Shown: positions 1 to 15,930 of the stretch, piece by piece
Layout: the number at the start of each line of letters is the position of its first letter
How positions within the stretch are numbered: the first letter of the stretch is position 1
Source: Chrysomallon squamiferum
Lineage: Eukaryota; Animalia; Mollusca
DNA length: 64,000 nt
Direction: 5' to 3'
NCBI GenBank assembly: GCA_012295275.1
Contig: CM022672.1
Location: 2,914,001 to 2,978,000, forward strand
The notes under the pieces: model-generated
What the model saw: only the letters and a program-made list of their open reading frames with translations
What the model was told of the DNA's origin: nothing
Databases searched by the model: none
Position numbers and translations under genes: made by a program

Positions 1-342
1 TTTTTAATTTTTTGTTATTGTAATTTATATTTTTTATTTTTTTATTTTTTATTATTATTTTTTTTTTTTCTTATTTTAAAATACAGTTCATTTCTTTCAC
101 CGTGTTTTAAATTAAAAATTAATAAATACCAATCTAATGACTATCAAATGACGAAGTTGTTAAGGGTATTTGCTTTAATTGTAATAATTACATTTTAGTT
201 ATCAGTAAATATAAATTTACCCACGTAGCTGTCGACCACAATAATTTTAACTACATTGTAGTCCCTGTTGTAGTTCACACTTATTCTTGACACGGCAACA
301 GATGTAACATCAATTCCCAGTGAGTATATGACGTAAATAAAA

Positions 343-443
343 GTGAAAATGACGTCATAATTAAAGCGTAGATATATATATAGTTCACAGCCGTTCTTTA
401 CGGATATTTTCAAAATGAATGTGAAAATGACGTCATAATTAAA
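343..443. promoter_or_regulatory. Duplicated CRE plus homeodomain-like composite motif
   Basis: GTGAAAATGACGTCATAATTAAA occurs at 343-365 and 421-443. Confidence 0.35.
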
Positions 444-589
444 TATATTACATCCAGCCATTTCTGAGATGACAGAAATAAAAGTGAAATGAAAATGTTC
501 TCGTAGACAACTTTGTACTGCATATATCTTAAATTCTATCTCCCGGGCGTCAAAACAAGAGCAATAGCAGCAGCAGCAGCAGCCGTAGC

Positions 590-628
<39 letters not shown>

Positions 629-1013
629 TAAAATAAGGGTCTTTAAAATATTATTTATTACTACTTGTGTTTGACAAGAAGACAGTAGTTATAGGATAAA
701 GAAAAAAAATAGCACATGCTTTGTCACTGGTTTTGTAATTAGGTTACACCATGTAATTGTCTTTACCAACGTATGCAGGCATTAATGAAAAGGGACATTT
801 TCATTTCTTCTTGCTATAATTTAATCAAGCTGGATTCCAATCGATCTAAATACATGATTTTTGAAAGAATAAAATTCTTGCTTATTTTTTAGATCTTCTT
901 CTGTTTTGTCTTTATAATGACGACATCTAACGTTTTTATCCACAAGCAGGATTCGACAGATGATTATGTGTTTGTAAAACGTGTTGCGTTTTATTTTTTA
1001 CTTCATTTTGGGA

Positions 1014-1120
<107 letters not shown>

Positions 1121-3375
1121 GTCTTCTTTAATTTCCTTTTCTGCCTCAGAGTTTGTGCATCTGTATCCCCCGTTTTTTCTATCTCATTTTTTTGTTCTGT
1201 TCTTGTTTTCTCGCTTTCTCTTTCCTTTTTCATCTTTCTTTTACCAAAATGAAGAACATTAACCAAGCATAATAAAGTATACCGTGTCCACAAATCGACC
1301 GCACGCCAGTGGTCCGTCAGTAAAGTGTTTGCTAAAGTAGATAAAATGGTGAAATTAGAATCTAGTTGATATTTAAATCCGTTATTGCATTGGAAGGTTG
1401 CAGGAAGCAATTTGCAGACAGCAGGCAATTTCCTCCCTTAGTCTAATTACACTGCAGCACAAACGAGTCGGCGATTTTGTTTTTCCTTCATAAAACAGCG
1501 AGCGGTTCCCTCAGTCTGATATTTTTAAACACGTTTACCACAACATGTTTTATTTAATTTATTTAATTTAATGTGTTTGTTATATGTGTAATTACTTATT
1601 TTAAATTACATTTTACTAATATATATTTATGCATATATGTTTATGTGTACACGTGTGTTTGTTTATGTGTGTGTGTGTGTTTGTATGTATGTATGTATTT
1701 ATTAGTATTAATATTATTATTATTATTATTGTTACTGTTATTATTATTAATATTGCTGTTGTTATTATTATTACTGTAATTGTTGTTATTATTATTGTTA
1801 TTATTATTGTTGTTGTTGTTGTTATTACTTGTAAATGTCTTGATGATATTAACAGAAGAAATAAAAAATAATTTTAATGATAGCAGCCGTAGTTATACTT
1901 CCATTGTTAGCAGTGTTAGTATTAGTAGTAATAGTAATACTTGTATTATCAGAATTAACTAGTAGCAGTAGTAATAGTTGTAATATTAATATTAGTAGTA
2001 ATAGTACTAATAACAGAGTAGTTATAGTAGTTGTTGTATGAGTAGTATTAGTAGTAATTGTTGTAGTAGTCGTAGTATTAGAAGCAAGAGTGATAGAAAT
2101 TGTTATAGTAGTCGTAGTAGTAGTAGCAGCCGTAGTTGTAATAACTGTTGTAGTAGATATATCATTAGTAATAGTAGTTGCTGAAGTGACAGTAACACAA
2201 TTCTAAAAGCACCTTCTAACACGACAGCTACTGTCCAGTCATAAAACTACCTTGTTATTTACACGGCACAATAATATTTACTTGTACGGACCAAATGACT
2301 TAGTTACTGGAAGGACACTAACACCGGTTTACCAACCTCGAGTCCGTCTAATTGAAAACACAACAACACAGAAATAATGTAATACAATATAATGAAATAC
2401 CGAAACCTTGACAGCGCTGTTAATCAACAGCAGTAGTTAATCGAAACCTAATTATGCATTGCCCAACAATCCGAGATGCCAGTTCATACTCTTTGACATG
2501 GGTTCGTGTCCAAATGGCTGAGTGCTAAGTGTAAGATTACGTACGTCGACCTTTCTGCTAACATATGAAGTGAAAAAACAGAGTGACTGTTAATTAAGGG
2601 AAGTAAGAAATATGTTTCTCGTTATGTTGCTGTTAATAACGTGTCTTTGTTAGTTTGTTGTTGTTGTTGTTGTTGTTTTGGGTTGTTTTTTTTTTGCTCA
2701 TATTTGTGTATATTCTATTGTCGAGGTTTGACATTTTTTTTTTATATAGAATTCGTAATTTTGTCTAGTAGAGGTGGTGATGGTGATAATGGCAGTCATG
2801 GTTGGTAGTAGTCGTTGTGGTAGTTGTAATAGTAAATATAGAGCATCAGCAGCATCACCATTAGTAGTAAAGGACATAGTAATAGTAGTAATAGTAGACA
2901 TTTAAAAATAATAATAGTATTTGTTGTAGTATTTGTATAGTGAAATAATAGCTGCAGCAGCATCACCAGCAGTAGTAGTAGCTGTTGTTGTAATAGAAGT
3001 AGTTGTAGTAATGATAGTAGAATTTTAAAAAAATAAATAATAGTGGTGCTAGTTGAAGTAGTAGCTGTAGTAGTGTTGTGTAATAGTAAAAGTAGTAGTA
3101 GCTGCAGAAACAGTATTAGTGTTGTTGTTTTGAAATAATAACAGCAGAAAGATTAGAAAAAGTGGTAGTGGTAGTAGTTGAAGTAGTAGTTAATGCATTT
3201 GTTGTCGCACTATAGTCACAGTATTATTAGTAGTTAACGTAGTTATAACAGACGATTTAGAAATTCAAGTTGTAGTAGTAATAGTAATAGCAGCAGCAGC
3301 CGTAGTAGTTGTAGCAGAAGTAGTTCTGTTACTCTACTAGGTATAGTAAAACTATTTATTTATTTATTTATTGTT

Positions 3376-3417
<42 letters not shown>

Positions 3418-3899
3418 ATTATTATTATTATTTTATAGTAATTGTAGTCTCTGTCTTATTCTCTTATTTCACTTATGACTCTTATTCTCTCCATCTCTTT
3501 CTATTCCTCCTCCTCTCTTATTTTCTGAATTTTTTGTTCTGTCATAACTCTTCTCTTTTTTATCTCTCTCGCTTAAACAGTCCTTCTAAAAGAACAGCGG
3601 TACTACATAATTGGTTTTCTGTTTCATTAGAACGCAAGAATAATGTACGAGCCTTCAGTTTTAACATTAAAAAAGGAATCGTATTTAGAAACCGTTGTTC
3701 AGTAAATTACTTCCTTGTCGTGAATAACTTTCTTTCATATATATTTTTTTTTGTAAAATGAATCTGAACTATATTTCAAGAAAGTGATATCTGTTATGAA
3801 GAGTCAATGAGGAATTACGTTGCATTTGCGAAAATGGAAAAACGGGATTAAGTTTCAAGTGCCTGCTTTGTAACCAATAAGAAATACTCTGACTGTTCA

Positions 3900-4120
3900 A
3901 GGAGTTCTGTGTAGAACGCTGACTCGAAGGGACTCCAAGTTCAGGTATCAATTCCAGTCGGTGACTGCATTAGGCTATACAGAGTCTTGAATAGAGGCAT
4001 TACGCCTTAGTGGTTTATCACAGGTCGTGGGAAGGTGAAAATAAGACATCTTTTGCTGCTAATCGAAAAAGAGTAATCGATAACCTGCTGATAGCTGGTT
4101 TCGTGTCTCGTGTAATGTTA
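3900..4120 (+). mobile_element. Decayed tRNA-derived SINE resembling a widespread molluscan SINE (RUDI/V-SINE-like, recalled from memory)
   Basis: tRNA-like head (GTAGAACGCT...GGTATCAATTCCAGTCGGTG), followed by TGGTTTATCACAGGTCGTGG...TTGCTGCTAATCGAAAAAGAGTA, which is similar to the remembered conserved core CCCTTGCTGCTAATCGAAAAGAGTAGCCC. Confidence 0.6.
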
Positions 4121-4348
4121 ATAATTTCGTGTACGATGCCATTTGAAAATATGATTTGTGAATCGTGAAATAAACGAATTTTTGTCTTTCTTCATCTGAT
4201 TATGCTGTGGTGGCTGAATAGTTATTATTATTATTATTAGTAGTAGTAGTAGTAGTACTAGTAGTGTAGTAGTAGCAGCAGCAGCAGCAGTTGTTGTAAT
4301 AGTAGTAGTAGTCGTAATAGTTGTAGTAGTAGTAATAAAAACATAGCT

Positions 4349-4380
<32 letters not shown>

Positions 4381-5094
4381 CTAATAAAGTAATAGTGTCA
4401 GTAACAGTAAGAAAAACCGTAAACAATAGTTGAAGTAGTAGTAGTAGTTGTAACTGTTGTAATGGCAACGGAAGTAGAAATAGTTGTTGTTTGGAGATGG
4501 TGGTAGTAGTAGTAATAATAGTAATAGTGCAAGTTGTAGTAGTAGTAGTATTGGTGATGGTAACAGTACTGAGAATAGCAGCAGCAACAGTTGTAACTGT
4601 TGCAGTAAGATAGTACTAATGGTATTCACAATCAGTATTAGTGAAATAGTAACCCTGACAATCTGACATGGAGGCTGGAACGGGATATAACTTTACTCCC
4701 AAATTCCGTGTTCCAGTATGAATATGGCATTGATGGCATTGATCAAACACTTTGATCAGACCACGGCTCCAGACAGTACATCAGTGGAACTCCAGTTAGA
4801 TTTCTTCATCACAAATATTTCACTACATATACTGGCTTTAATTTGAACCTAACGTATTGTACGATCGATTCTAAAATAAGATGAACTAATAAGAGAAGGG
4901 AAAAAATAAACGCAAATTAAATAACGATGGTCCCCAATTTATCAATAGTTTCAATAATGTAAGAGTAAGAATTGATCCATCTACTCGCAGAGAAATTTGG
5001 TTTAAGCTTGTTTGTGTTTGTTTAAATGTGGGAATACGTGTGTATCTGTTCTATGACGTTTTATTTATGTTTTTGCGTCAGTTTATGTATATAG

Positions 5095-5144
<50 letters not shown>

Positions 5145-6228
5145 ATGTGTGAGTTAAATACAGTTAGAGATATTTAATTATGATTTAATTTAATAAGATT
5201 AAGACATGCATACATATACTCACACATACATACACACATATATACATACAGACATGTACATTTATGTATACAGATAGACAGACAAACAGACAGACAAACA
5301 GACAGAAACACAACACACCACACCCACACATATCACATCACGCGCAGGTACACACATGATCAAACGCCACTTACAAAACATCTTTTATTTTAGCTCACGA
5401 CTCCATAAAGAACCCAAGCGTTTCGCAGCTCATGGCCATTACATTCGTCTATTTCCGTTTAACTTCGGGCGTTACACAAACACACATTTTCCATCGATTC
5501 CACCAGTCATTCTTCGGCTTTACAAAAAGCGTTTGTACGACCATTATGACGCGTTAATGCATCTAGAAGTTTTGATTTAACACTAACCAAAGAAAATAAT
5601 GTGTCTTGTTGCTGCTCTTTACTTCCATCATGCAATGAATACTAAAACAAAAACAAGAAAAAAAAAGGAAAAAAAAAAAAGAAGAAATGTCCTAACAAAC
5701 GATTCATTTACGTACATGAAAAGCTTGAACAGTTTTTAGCTCGTGGGCAGTCCCCGTGAATCGATTTGTTGTTAAGTTTGGGTAAAAAGCAGGCAAAGAA
5801 TTTATGCTTTCATGATATCGTTAAGAGTGAAATGGGTTTTATTTATAAAGTCTTGGCTGCACATTATTGCTGACAAATTTCTTAATTTATATGCTAATAA
5901 TAGACCCTTTTCAGACGAAGATAATGCGAGACTGCTTCTAATTTTGTTTAAACTCGTAACTGCGACTGGACCGTGGATACGTTATGACGTCATTGTGTTA
6001 TATTTGGTTTTATTACCGTTCGGACTACATGAAAACGTATGTGCCTCTTTCTTAACGGTCCGTGAATTAATTGAGCTATACATTTTTTTTTTTTTTTACT
6101 TTATCACGCGGATCTTGGATTTTAAGACAAGTTCCAGCCGTCTATAAATATTTGCAAATCAATATATATTACGGAAAACGAAAATAAATATTACGGTTGT
6201 GGTATTTTATAGTACCTGCTATATAATA

Positions 6229-6287
<59 letters not shown>

Positions 6288-9200
6288 TTAAATTGCAGAA
6301 AATATTCCCAAGTATGTGAGGGGCGGGGATAAGTGTATTTTGATGTATCTAAAATCTGATTTGAATGCCAAACAGTTCAAAGTTGTTACAGAATTATGGC
6401 AGAATTTATAAAGTCTATTTCGATCTTACACTCGTATATTCCATTATACTTAAAAAAAAAGAGGATCTAAAATATACCTTATATGTTATGTTAGTTTTTT
6501 TAAGTATTATGCCAGCATTGCTGTAGAATAGATCTAACATCCAGTTTGTTACCATAACCTTAACAGCGGCTAGTAACTTAAATCCAGAAATCTGTAGTTA
6601 AACCACTATTACTCTGCATTAGATATAACAGCTTTAACAAAAGTGACGGTAGGTGCTGTACGTAATTTCTATTAGCCGAAGATTAAGTAAAGACGGCAGA
6701 GGCGTTTTTATTGCATCCAGATAAATCACCTCAATAAAACTGACAAGTCATCCTCTGTTTTCCAATCAAGTCATTGCTCAGTGGCTACGAATCAGAGCTT
6801 CTCACTAAGCCTTTTCTGTCTGCGGAGAAAAGCGAAGCATTGTTAGGAAAGAAAAATCTCTACAAAAGATTGGTATATTATTCTTCTCTTGACGCCCAAC
6901 GGGTCCTAATAAATAACGTTCGTTTTCTTAAGTCAGGTAAATCAATAAAGGAATATTTCATTTTTAACAGACTATGTTACTGTAGTCATCAATAAAACCG
7001 CCCCGCTTTCATTAGATTTGTGCTTGTCTTTTTTTTTCTGTTTCTTTTTCTTGTTCTTTTTAATGGGCTTTCGCAGTTTATAAAATAAATAAAACTAGTT
7101 GTAGTAATAGTATGAACAGCAGAAGTAGTAGTAAATGTTAATAACAATAAGTAGCAGCAGTGACAACAGACGTGAGGCAGTAGTAGAAGTAGTGGCTGTA
7201 GTAGTATATATTTTAGCAATAGCAGTAATGCATGTTGTAATAACATCTTTACATAAGGAGAACAAATCGTCATGCATTGATCCCATCGTGTTATTTTTAT
7301 TGTTATGATTTATTTTTTTAACAAAGATTGCTTGCCAAAAATAAATAAAACAATACCTGTATTAACTGTTCGTATCGCAATAGGCAATTATAGTATTTAT
7401 AGATATCCATATTTTGATACCATATGGATTTTTCTTTCTGTGCGTTACTAATTTGATGATATCAAATCTAAAACAACGTCAACAACGACGATATCTAATA
7501 ACTAATGTCTGTTAAACAACATACTTTTTTTCTTCAAAGTGCTCTTGTAATACAATATTATCAGTTGCAATCTATTTCATCATATGTTTGGTTGCGTTAA
7601 GATAAAGTTCGGTAGAAAAATAATTCTATAGCTATAGAAAACTGAAATATCTGTTATAACGTTTGTGGGTCATCATATGTTTTTTGGTTTGCATTACGCT
7701 GGAGTAAAGAAAATAAAAACTATTTTAATCCAAACAAAATGCAGTATCGGCGCCTGTATTAAGAATCATGTTATTATGTTGTTTTTAATAAGATAAAATT
7801 AATAAAATAAAAACTGTCTAATGCCGTCAAAAACGAAAGTTCCTTCAGAAAATAAAAAAAACATCTAACGCCAAACAGAACGTAATTTCAGGCTGAAATC
7901 TTTATGAGAATATTTTTGTTTCAATAAAGATAAAGTTTGGGTAAAAAGTTTAAAGCAAAATAAAATTACGTATTTTATGGATACACGTTTTCTTTGTATT
8001 AAGATATAGATTAGAATATAAATATTATGCATTACAGCTTTTACGAACACATTTTTTTTTTTTTTTTTTTTTTTTTCATTAAGATAGAATTCGGATAATA
8101 GTAGTTTATGCTTCCAAAACTAGACATTTTGTTAAAAAACAAAATTATAAATAATATTTCTGTTTGCATTAAGATAGATTTCAGAAAAAAAAGAAAGAAA
8201 TTATTTAACGCCAAGCAAGATAATAAGCCTGCGTGGTACGAGGTGATTCATATTCTGTTTTTGTTTACTGTTGTATATGAAATAACGTTGTACTGAACAG
8301 CTGAACTAGTGGATCTGTTCAAGCAGTAAGCGTGTGTGTTTTGCCTTGATCTGAAACATCATACACAACATTACAGAGCTAAGTGTCCATAGTTACAATC
8401 TCACATCTGGAAATAATAATTATTATTATTATTAGTAGTAGTAGTAGCTGTAGTAGTAGTAGTAGTAACAGTAATAGTGGTAGTAGTAGTGGTGGTGGTG
8501 GTGGTGGTGGTGATGGTCGTAATAGTAATAGTAGTAGTAGTAGTAGTAGTACTAGTAACAGTACTAGTAATGAAATTAGTATTAGTAGTATTCTATATTT
8601 GGATCATCACTCTCTTGATACATATAACTGTTTCCATAAACAATACATCAACACATATTTTCGTTAAACAATACATACGTATATATTGTTAACACATAAT
8701 TAAATAATGTTTCGTTCCAGCATTCGAAGCATCATTGTCAATACTTGACAATTTACTCAAATACGACATTCAGTGTTTTTAAACATTGTTTCATTTCGAC
8801 AGCGACGTGGACATTGTCAACACTTGTCAGCCGCCGATGTTCTTCTCACTTTCATTTTCCTCGACATTTCACGTCTTTTCTCTCCTTCGTTAAAAAAAAA
8901 AACGTAGCAGACGTGACAATTAACGAGATGCGTTGATCACGTCGGAAATCATTACAGACGTTTTTTCTTCCGTTAATTTTTTTTTTTTTTTTTCCTAGCT
9001 GTTACTGATTTCGAATACGACTAACTAGCAATCTCGAGTGTCCTTCAGTGGTTACCATTAGCGTGATTTCCATTCTGTTGCCTGGAAGGCGAAGAATCCT
9101 TAGCTTTGAAATACGGCCGCTATCTTTAGGGTGAGAAACTAACAAGAAGAAAACTTGGAGGTGCTAAATTAAATATCTCGTTTAGATCTTCGTCTTCAAA

Positions 9201-9559
9201 ATAATAAAAAAAAAACGAAAGAAGAAGAAGAAAACGATGATATGATTGTTTACGATTATGGATTCTTTTTATGCTTTAAAAATACGTGATTTTACTTTTT
9301 CACGAAGTAATTAAAAGTGTATAAATAAATAAAAGTTTTAGCTGGCTTAAATAGCATGTACTTTAAGATGTTTACTGTCGTGAAACTGCCCTTAAGGTTG
9401 AAAGATTGATGGTTAAGTTTAGAAATATGTATGTATGCAGGTATTTTAGAATTTGAATATTCTTTGTCTTCTGAACGTCTGAAGAGACTCTGCACTTATA
9501 AATATCCAGGAACTCACTAGCACAAGAGGACAAAGTCCAATTACAACCTCACAAGCCCG

Positions 9560-9630
9560 TCAGATGCCGCTGACGAGACTCGAACGTATGACACCCACTT
9601 GCCTGCACTCCGAAGGCGGACGACGCTACG
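9560..9630 (-). mobile_element. Possible tRNA-derived SINE head
   Basis: Minus strand TAGCGTCGTCCGCCTTCGGAG...GTTCGAGTCTCGTCAGCGGCA carries a B-box-like GTTCGAGTC. No complete cloverleaf could be folded. Confidence 0.3.
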
Positions 9631-12373
9631 TATGTATGTACGTATGTGTGTTCCGTGTATGGTTAAATAAAATATTATTTTCTGTTTTCACGATTCACTC
9701 GATGAATTTCACTTGAAAGAAAACAGAATGATAAATGTTAATGTACATCACTTCACGTGGATCATGTTTGTATTGATTTGGGATAATCTTGTTTAGAAGT
9801 CTAAATAAATGTATTTGGTAACATGCGACTCTGATTTCTGTCAAGTGTGTATATATGTTGTATACAGTGCTTTTAGCATATATGCATAATGTATGTATTT
9901 TAATTTGCATGAATGCTTATATGTAAGTATCTATGTTTGTATGTATTTATATGTATGCATAATTATCTACGTAAATATGTACAAAAACGAATGTGCTTAT
10001 ATTTGTAAAGGTATAGATATGTATATATAAATATACTAATCGCATACATATGTTTTGAAGTATTTATGTTCTGAGTACAGAACTATGGACGCTATGTAAA
10101 GGAAACGGAGGGAAACAGAACGTCATGACTGGAAGAAGTTCTAATAAAGCCGCTAATTACAAGTTCACTATTAAATGGAAAGTGAATGCTAACCTAGAAC
10201 GTTGATTAATCGGGTGCAGTGATGTGAGATGAAAACTAATCCACTCATTCGGGCGTGTTCTGGACAACAATTTATTTTTCATCTTTCTTGGTCTCGTTAA
10301 AAGTAACAGCATCTCTGTCTGTCTGTCTGTCTGTCTCTGCATCTTTCATTCCGAGATTCTGATTTCCAGATAATGATAAATTATTAAAACGTATTTAACA
10401 ACATCAACAACAACTACAACAAAAAACAACAACAACAACAAGATAAACAAGCAAAAACAACAGTAACAACATTCTGCCATAACAAAATAGAAAACAGAGA
10501 GATATTAATTAATGTACAACTTCTGTTTGAAACGAAATCAAACACCACGTACATAATTAAAGGTAAATGTAGCTTGCCTTTAGAGATTTACGACTATTTG
10601 CTATTAATTACGTCTGTAGCTCTCTATCGATTGTAAGCACTGTTGACTTTTTTTTTCTTTTTTCACATTCATTTGTTTTGTGTTTTTTTTACTCTTTTTT
10701 TTTACCTGCAACTGCCATTAGTATACAAGATTGCTGCTTACAGAGTTTATCTAATTTGCTCGTGTGCCTAATGAGATCATTATTAAGAAATAATATATAT
10801 ATACATACTCTTTTTTTTTTTTCATCATAGGTGACAGAACAAGAAGAAAACGAATATGATGACGATGACGACTGTGATGGATGATAAGACTTTTACTTCA
10901 ACTATTGCTGCTGCTGTTATTACTACTAATATTAATACTAATAATGGTATTATAATTTCTACAGTTACTACACTACAACCATGTCATTACTGCTGTTGCT
11001 GCTGCTACTACTGATGTTACTACAACTACTACTGTTACGAATACTTCTAACTCTAAAACTAAATATCATTGTTGTTATTACAAAAGCTATTAGTTCTGAT
11101 ATCTTATTAGTTTTACTACTACTACTACTGCTACTACTGCTAATACTAATACTAATACTACCACAATTACTACTGTTAGTACCACAGGTACTATTGCTAA
11201 AACAACAGCCACATCAGATTATCACAACATTACTAATGCTATCATTAACACACTACGACAACAACAAGGACTATTATTAAAAATAAGAATTTTGCCCCTT
11301 ACTTTGGTCACGACGTTGTTTACTAGGTCACAGACAGCACTGATACGTCATCATCCTACTTAGCACCGACAACAACAACTAAATCACAGCTTTACAGCCA
11401 TACTATGATTACTGTCAGACAGTGCATCGACAGATTCTTTATTTCTAAAACCAATAATAATAATAAGAAGAAGAAGAAGAAGAAGAAGAAGCAGAAGAAG
11501 AAGAAGAAGAAGATGACGAAGACGAAGAAGAAGAATGACAATAATAGTAATAACAACTACACCAACAATAATAATAATAAAGACAATAAGAGTAACAATA
11601 ATAATAATAACAATAATAATAATAATATGATGATGATGATGATGGTAAATATAATACGAGAATTACTGACAGTGTGTATCTGTATGTGTCTTTGTGGACA
11701 TAAGTTACGTCATTATATACACATGTGTTTTAAGAGTGTGTGTGTGTGTGAGGATAATAACAGGTTTCTGTCTTAACATTTCCAGCGAAGGTTAGAATAT
11801 CGACCTGAAACTGATATTTTAAGACACTGAACAATTATTTCTTTCATCCTGCAGTCCTAGATAACACAAAAACTAACTGAAATCAACTGTTTTATTTATC
11901 AACTCACTGTTCCACACCTTACAACAGTTTATTTGTTTATATATATATATATATATATATATTAATAAAAACGTTCTTTTTAAGATCTAAACCAGCAAAT
12001 ACACATTAAACAAGAACCTGTGAACAAACGTATGTATGTATGTATGCACAGATAGATATGTTAATTAAAATTATATTATTAATGTTAGAATAGTCACGTC
12101 CCCCCAGAAAACTATATTTTTGGTTTTCAAGACATCATATCCGTGTTTGCTTCCATGTGGACGCGAAAAGATATAATTTAACGACTTACTAACAAAATTT
12201 AATGAAACCACGATAGATATCTGAAAATGCAGCGTCACCAAGGAAACTTTATGACGTCATGATCAACACGTCAGATAATGGCGTAATAATAATAATAATA
12301 GACGGTAAGAAATGTTTGTTTCATTTATCTACTCAAGTCAGAACATAACATCAAGCGCGCGCGCGAGAACGCA

Positions 12374-12429
<56 letters not shown>

Positions 12430-12662
12430 CGTGTTAACGCTTACGTGCGCTGAAAATCACAACCACAGTCGGTCGCACGAAAAGCCAAAACATTATAAAT
12501 ATAATAAATAAATGGTAAGAATTCTACATTTGAATGAATGATCAAAAAAAAAAAAAAAAAAAAAAAAAATTCAAATGATAATAATAATAATAAAGAAAAA
12601 AAGAATATTACACGAATCACTAAGAACACTGAAAATATGTTGCTAATTAGCGAAATCTTATT

Positions 12663-12757
<95 letters not shown>

Positions 12758-13927
12758 GTCCTCGATTTTTCTCACACTCTGTAATTTTCGAAATTTATTG
12801 TGCTTTTGTTTTGTATCGTTGTTTTTGTTTGATTATTATTATTTGTTTTATTTTTTATTTTTTATTTTTTTGTATCTGTTATTTTTGAAAGGCATTAAAC
12901 TTACGACCCTGGACAAGATCCATCCATCCATGCGTGACGTTAATAACACGAATACCGCAAACACCTGTCACACTTATCTCTGTCATCACTTTACGTACGT
13001 ATTAAATGTTGTGAAACATCAGTCTCTCAAAGCAACAGTTTGGACAGGCGGGAGAGAGTTGATCGCAGATCAGTTCGATCTGACGTAGATAATCATTCTC
13101 TCTCGTTTAATAATACTAATACTACTACTACTAATAATTGCTGTTGTTATTTTTGTTGTTGCTATAATCGTTATTAAAAAAATGTCAGTAATATCAGTTT
13201 CAGTAATAGTAGTACTTGTTCTTGTTGTTGTTGTTGTAGTAGTATTAGTAGTAGACGTTAGTAGTAGTAATAGAAGTAGTAGTAGTACTAATAATCGTTA
13301 TTATCATTATTATAAAAGTGTGAGTAATAGCTGTTACAGTGATAGTAGTAGTAGTAGTAGTAGTAGTAGAACTAGTAGTAGGAGTAGGAGTAGTAGCGAT
13401 ATTAATAGTAGTAGTCGTAGTAATGGTAGTAATAGTTATTCCGGTACTAGTAGAAATAGTATAGTTGTAGTAGATGGAGTAGTAGAAATAATAATAGAAG
13501 TAGTAGCAGTAGTAGTAGTTGTAGTAGTAATTGTAGTAGTAATAGAGCGATGTGTCTGTTTTACGAGATTTGCTTATTTTGTAAAATATCGTCTGTAATG
13601 TACTCTTCTATAAAACTATTTGTGCAAAAATAAAAAATAAATTAATATATAAATATATATATATATATAGTTGAACAGAAAATAATCTCACATATCATTT
13701 TTGTTAAGAAAAATCACCTATCTGTAACATTTGCATGTATATATCTATATGTGTGTGTGTGTATATATATATATATATTAATTCTCTTTTAAACAGTATT
13801 TTATCAAAACATCAACAACAACAACAGGAAAGAAAGAAAGAAATATTGTCGTTAATACTTTGTATTAAAACAGAAATCGCTTGTCTATGTAAGTTTTTAA
13901 AATTGATCAACCTTTAGTTTATTTAAA

Positions 13928-13984
13928 AATAAATAAATAAATAAATATTTAAATAAATAAAATAATAAATAAATAAATAAAAAA

Positions 13985-14036
<52 letters not shown>

Positions 14037-14053
14037 AAAAATAAATAAATAAA
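13928..14053. repeat. (AAAT)n microsatellite
   Basis: Direct inspection. Confidence 0.95.
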
Positions 14054-15882
14054 TAATTAAATTAATTAATTTTTGACATGTTACACACAGAAGGTCCAAA
14101 CTCCTCTGAATACTTCGACTCAGATATTGTTTGGATGTGAAACACCAAGGTCGCAGAACGCGCTCAATTATACATTTCTTAAAAATAATGTCTAAATAGC
14201 GAGGTTCCAATAGTGTAAGAAAGAACTTCAGCACCTGTTGCTTTAAGTCAAGGCCGTCAATGGTGGCTACTAGTGGCTAGACGATGAACGAATGAAAGTG
14301 CAATATATCGATTATTCACGCCTCTGTTTAATACAGGATATTAAGTTCAATTTACTTCAAGTGTTCATATTCCCTGGACAGTTCTTAACAAAGTATCATT
14401 AATAATTAACACCCTGAGTGAACTGCATTGCCATCTGAAACAAAATTAAGCGGCCACGATGTTCTGAATGTGAATAAAGAGATGACAAAGAAAGGGGATT
14501 AATTAGTACGATTTCTTACCATAAACAGCACCTGAGAATCGCATACCCATTTTTCATTTTTCCTTATTATTTCGTTTCGAATGTTAGCATGTGCTGATCA
14601 TACAAAACGTCGCAATAAGCAGAAAAACCGTCGAACATTCAGGATTTTTAGAATACGAATGAATAAGGTCCCGGTAAAAGCAGTAAGTTGTTATCTACTC
14701 TCGTATCTATTTTTGGCTTGCTTTTCTGTTCCCCGAAAAAAAAAAAAAATAAATAAAATAAAATAGAGAAAAAAGCTACATTTCTTGTAATTGCCTGTGA
14801 CGATAATATCGAAGCTAAGACACAAGCACACGCCATTGTATTGTTAATATCCAAGACAAGATGCCGATGTTATTCAAATTCGTAAATAAAGGCTCTGTCC
14901 AACCTTAGAGAAAAAAAAACAACGAAACAGCCATCCGTTTAATGTTTAATATGAAAGAGATGATAATGTTCTGGGGGGGGGGGGAGAGGGAGGAGATTGA
15001 TTTGTGGTCCTTAATCCCTTCAATTTTAATAATTTTACATATTATTCACATTATAATGACATTCTTTTTCTTTTGATATGATTTTATATGGAAGAAATAA
15101 TGTTCTTAGTTAACACGTTATATTACAGAAAATTACGATTAATTATCTGCCAGTCAGCTCCCAGCATTTAAATAAAAAAAAATTCAAGAAAATTAGAACT
15201 CATAACTAAAGAATCCATTACCACTAATTACTGCGTCACTTTTTCTAAAACTAATTTGAAAAAGCAGCGATCTCTGAAATAGAGGAACTCAATGAGTTCT
15301 ACGGTGTCTCTTGGACACAAAAGTATTAGTAAGGAAAATAGCTGGAACTATAAAGCTTCCTGACTATATTATAAATAGCGCGGATTAAAAGAACAAAATC
15401 TATTAATTAAATTGACTTATTCGAATTAAATTACTGATATCCTTAAACGAACCTTTTCAACAGAACGGATAAAAGATTTTAAAAAAAAAACAACCCAAAA
15501 ACGAACAAAACATCGTTCAGAAAAGCAAGTAAGACGAAAGAAATATTAAGGACTGAAAGTAAGATTTTGTTTTTTACGTATACCTCTGCTAAATTATGAA
15601 GATGACTTAAGTTAAGTGTTTTGTTGTGACTAATGACAGAACAGGATCACAGAGAACTCCAGTCTGAAATGTTCTTTGTTGCTTTCCAATTAAAGATGAT
15701 CACTGCAGACACAGTAATCACTCGTGATGGCGTGATCGTAATCAAACAGATTCTGTCGATCTTTTGCGTATTGATTCGTGATGTGCTTTTTTCCAATCTT
15801 TCTAGAAATACTTTTTGAATATCGATCGTTTCTAAGAACTGGCGCAGATATTTGAGAAGACTGTTCATGTGGTCGAAGATCA

Positions 15883-15930
<48 letters not shown>

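Noticed and set aside
4674-4758. Small hairpins (CTGGAAC...GTTCCAG; TGATCAAA-CAC-TTTGATCA) as a pre-miRNA
   Set aside because: The stems are too short or bulged, and no conserved miRNA sequence was recognised.
9560-9630. tRNA gene
   Set aside because: Only a B-box-like motif is present and no cloverleaf forms; at most a SINE head.
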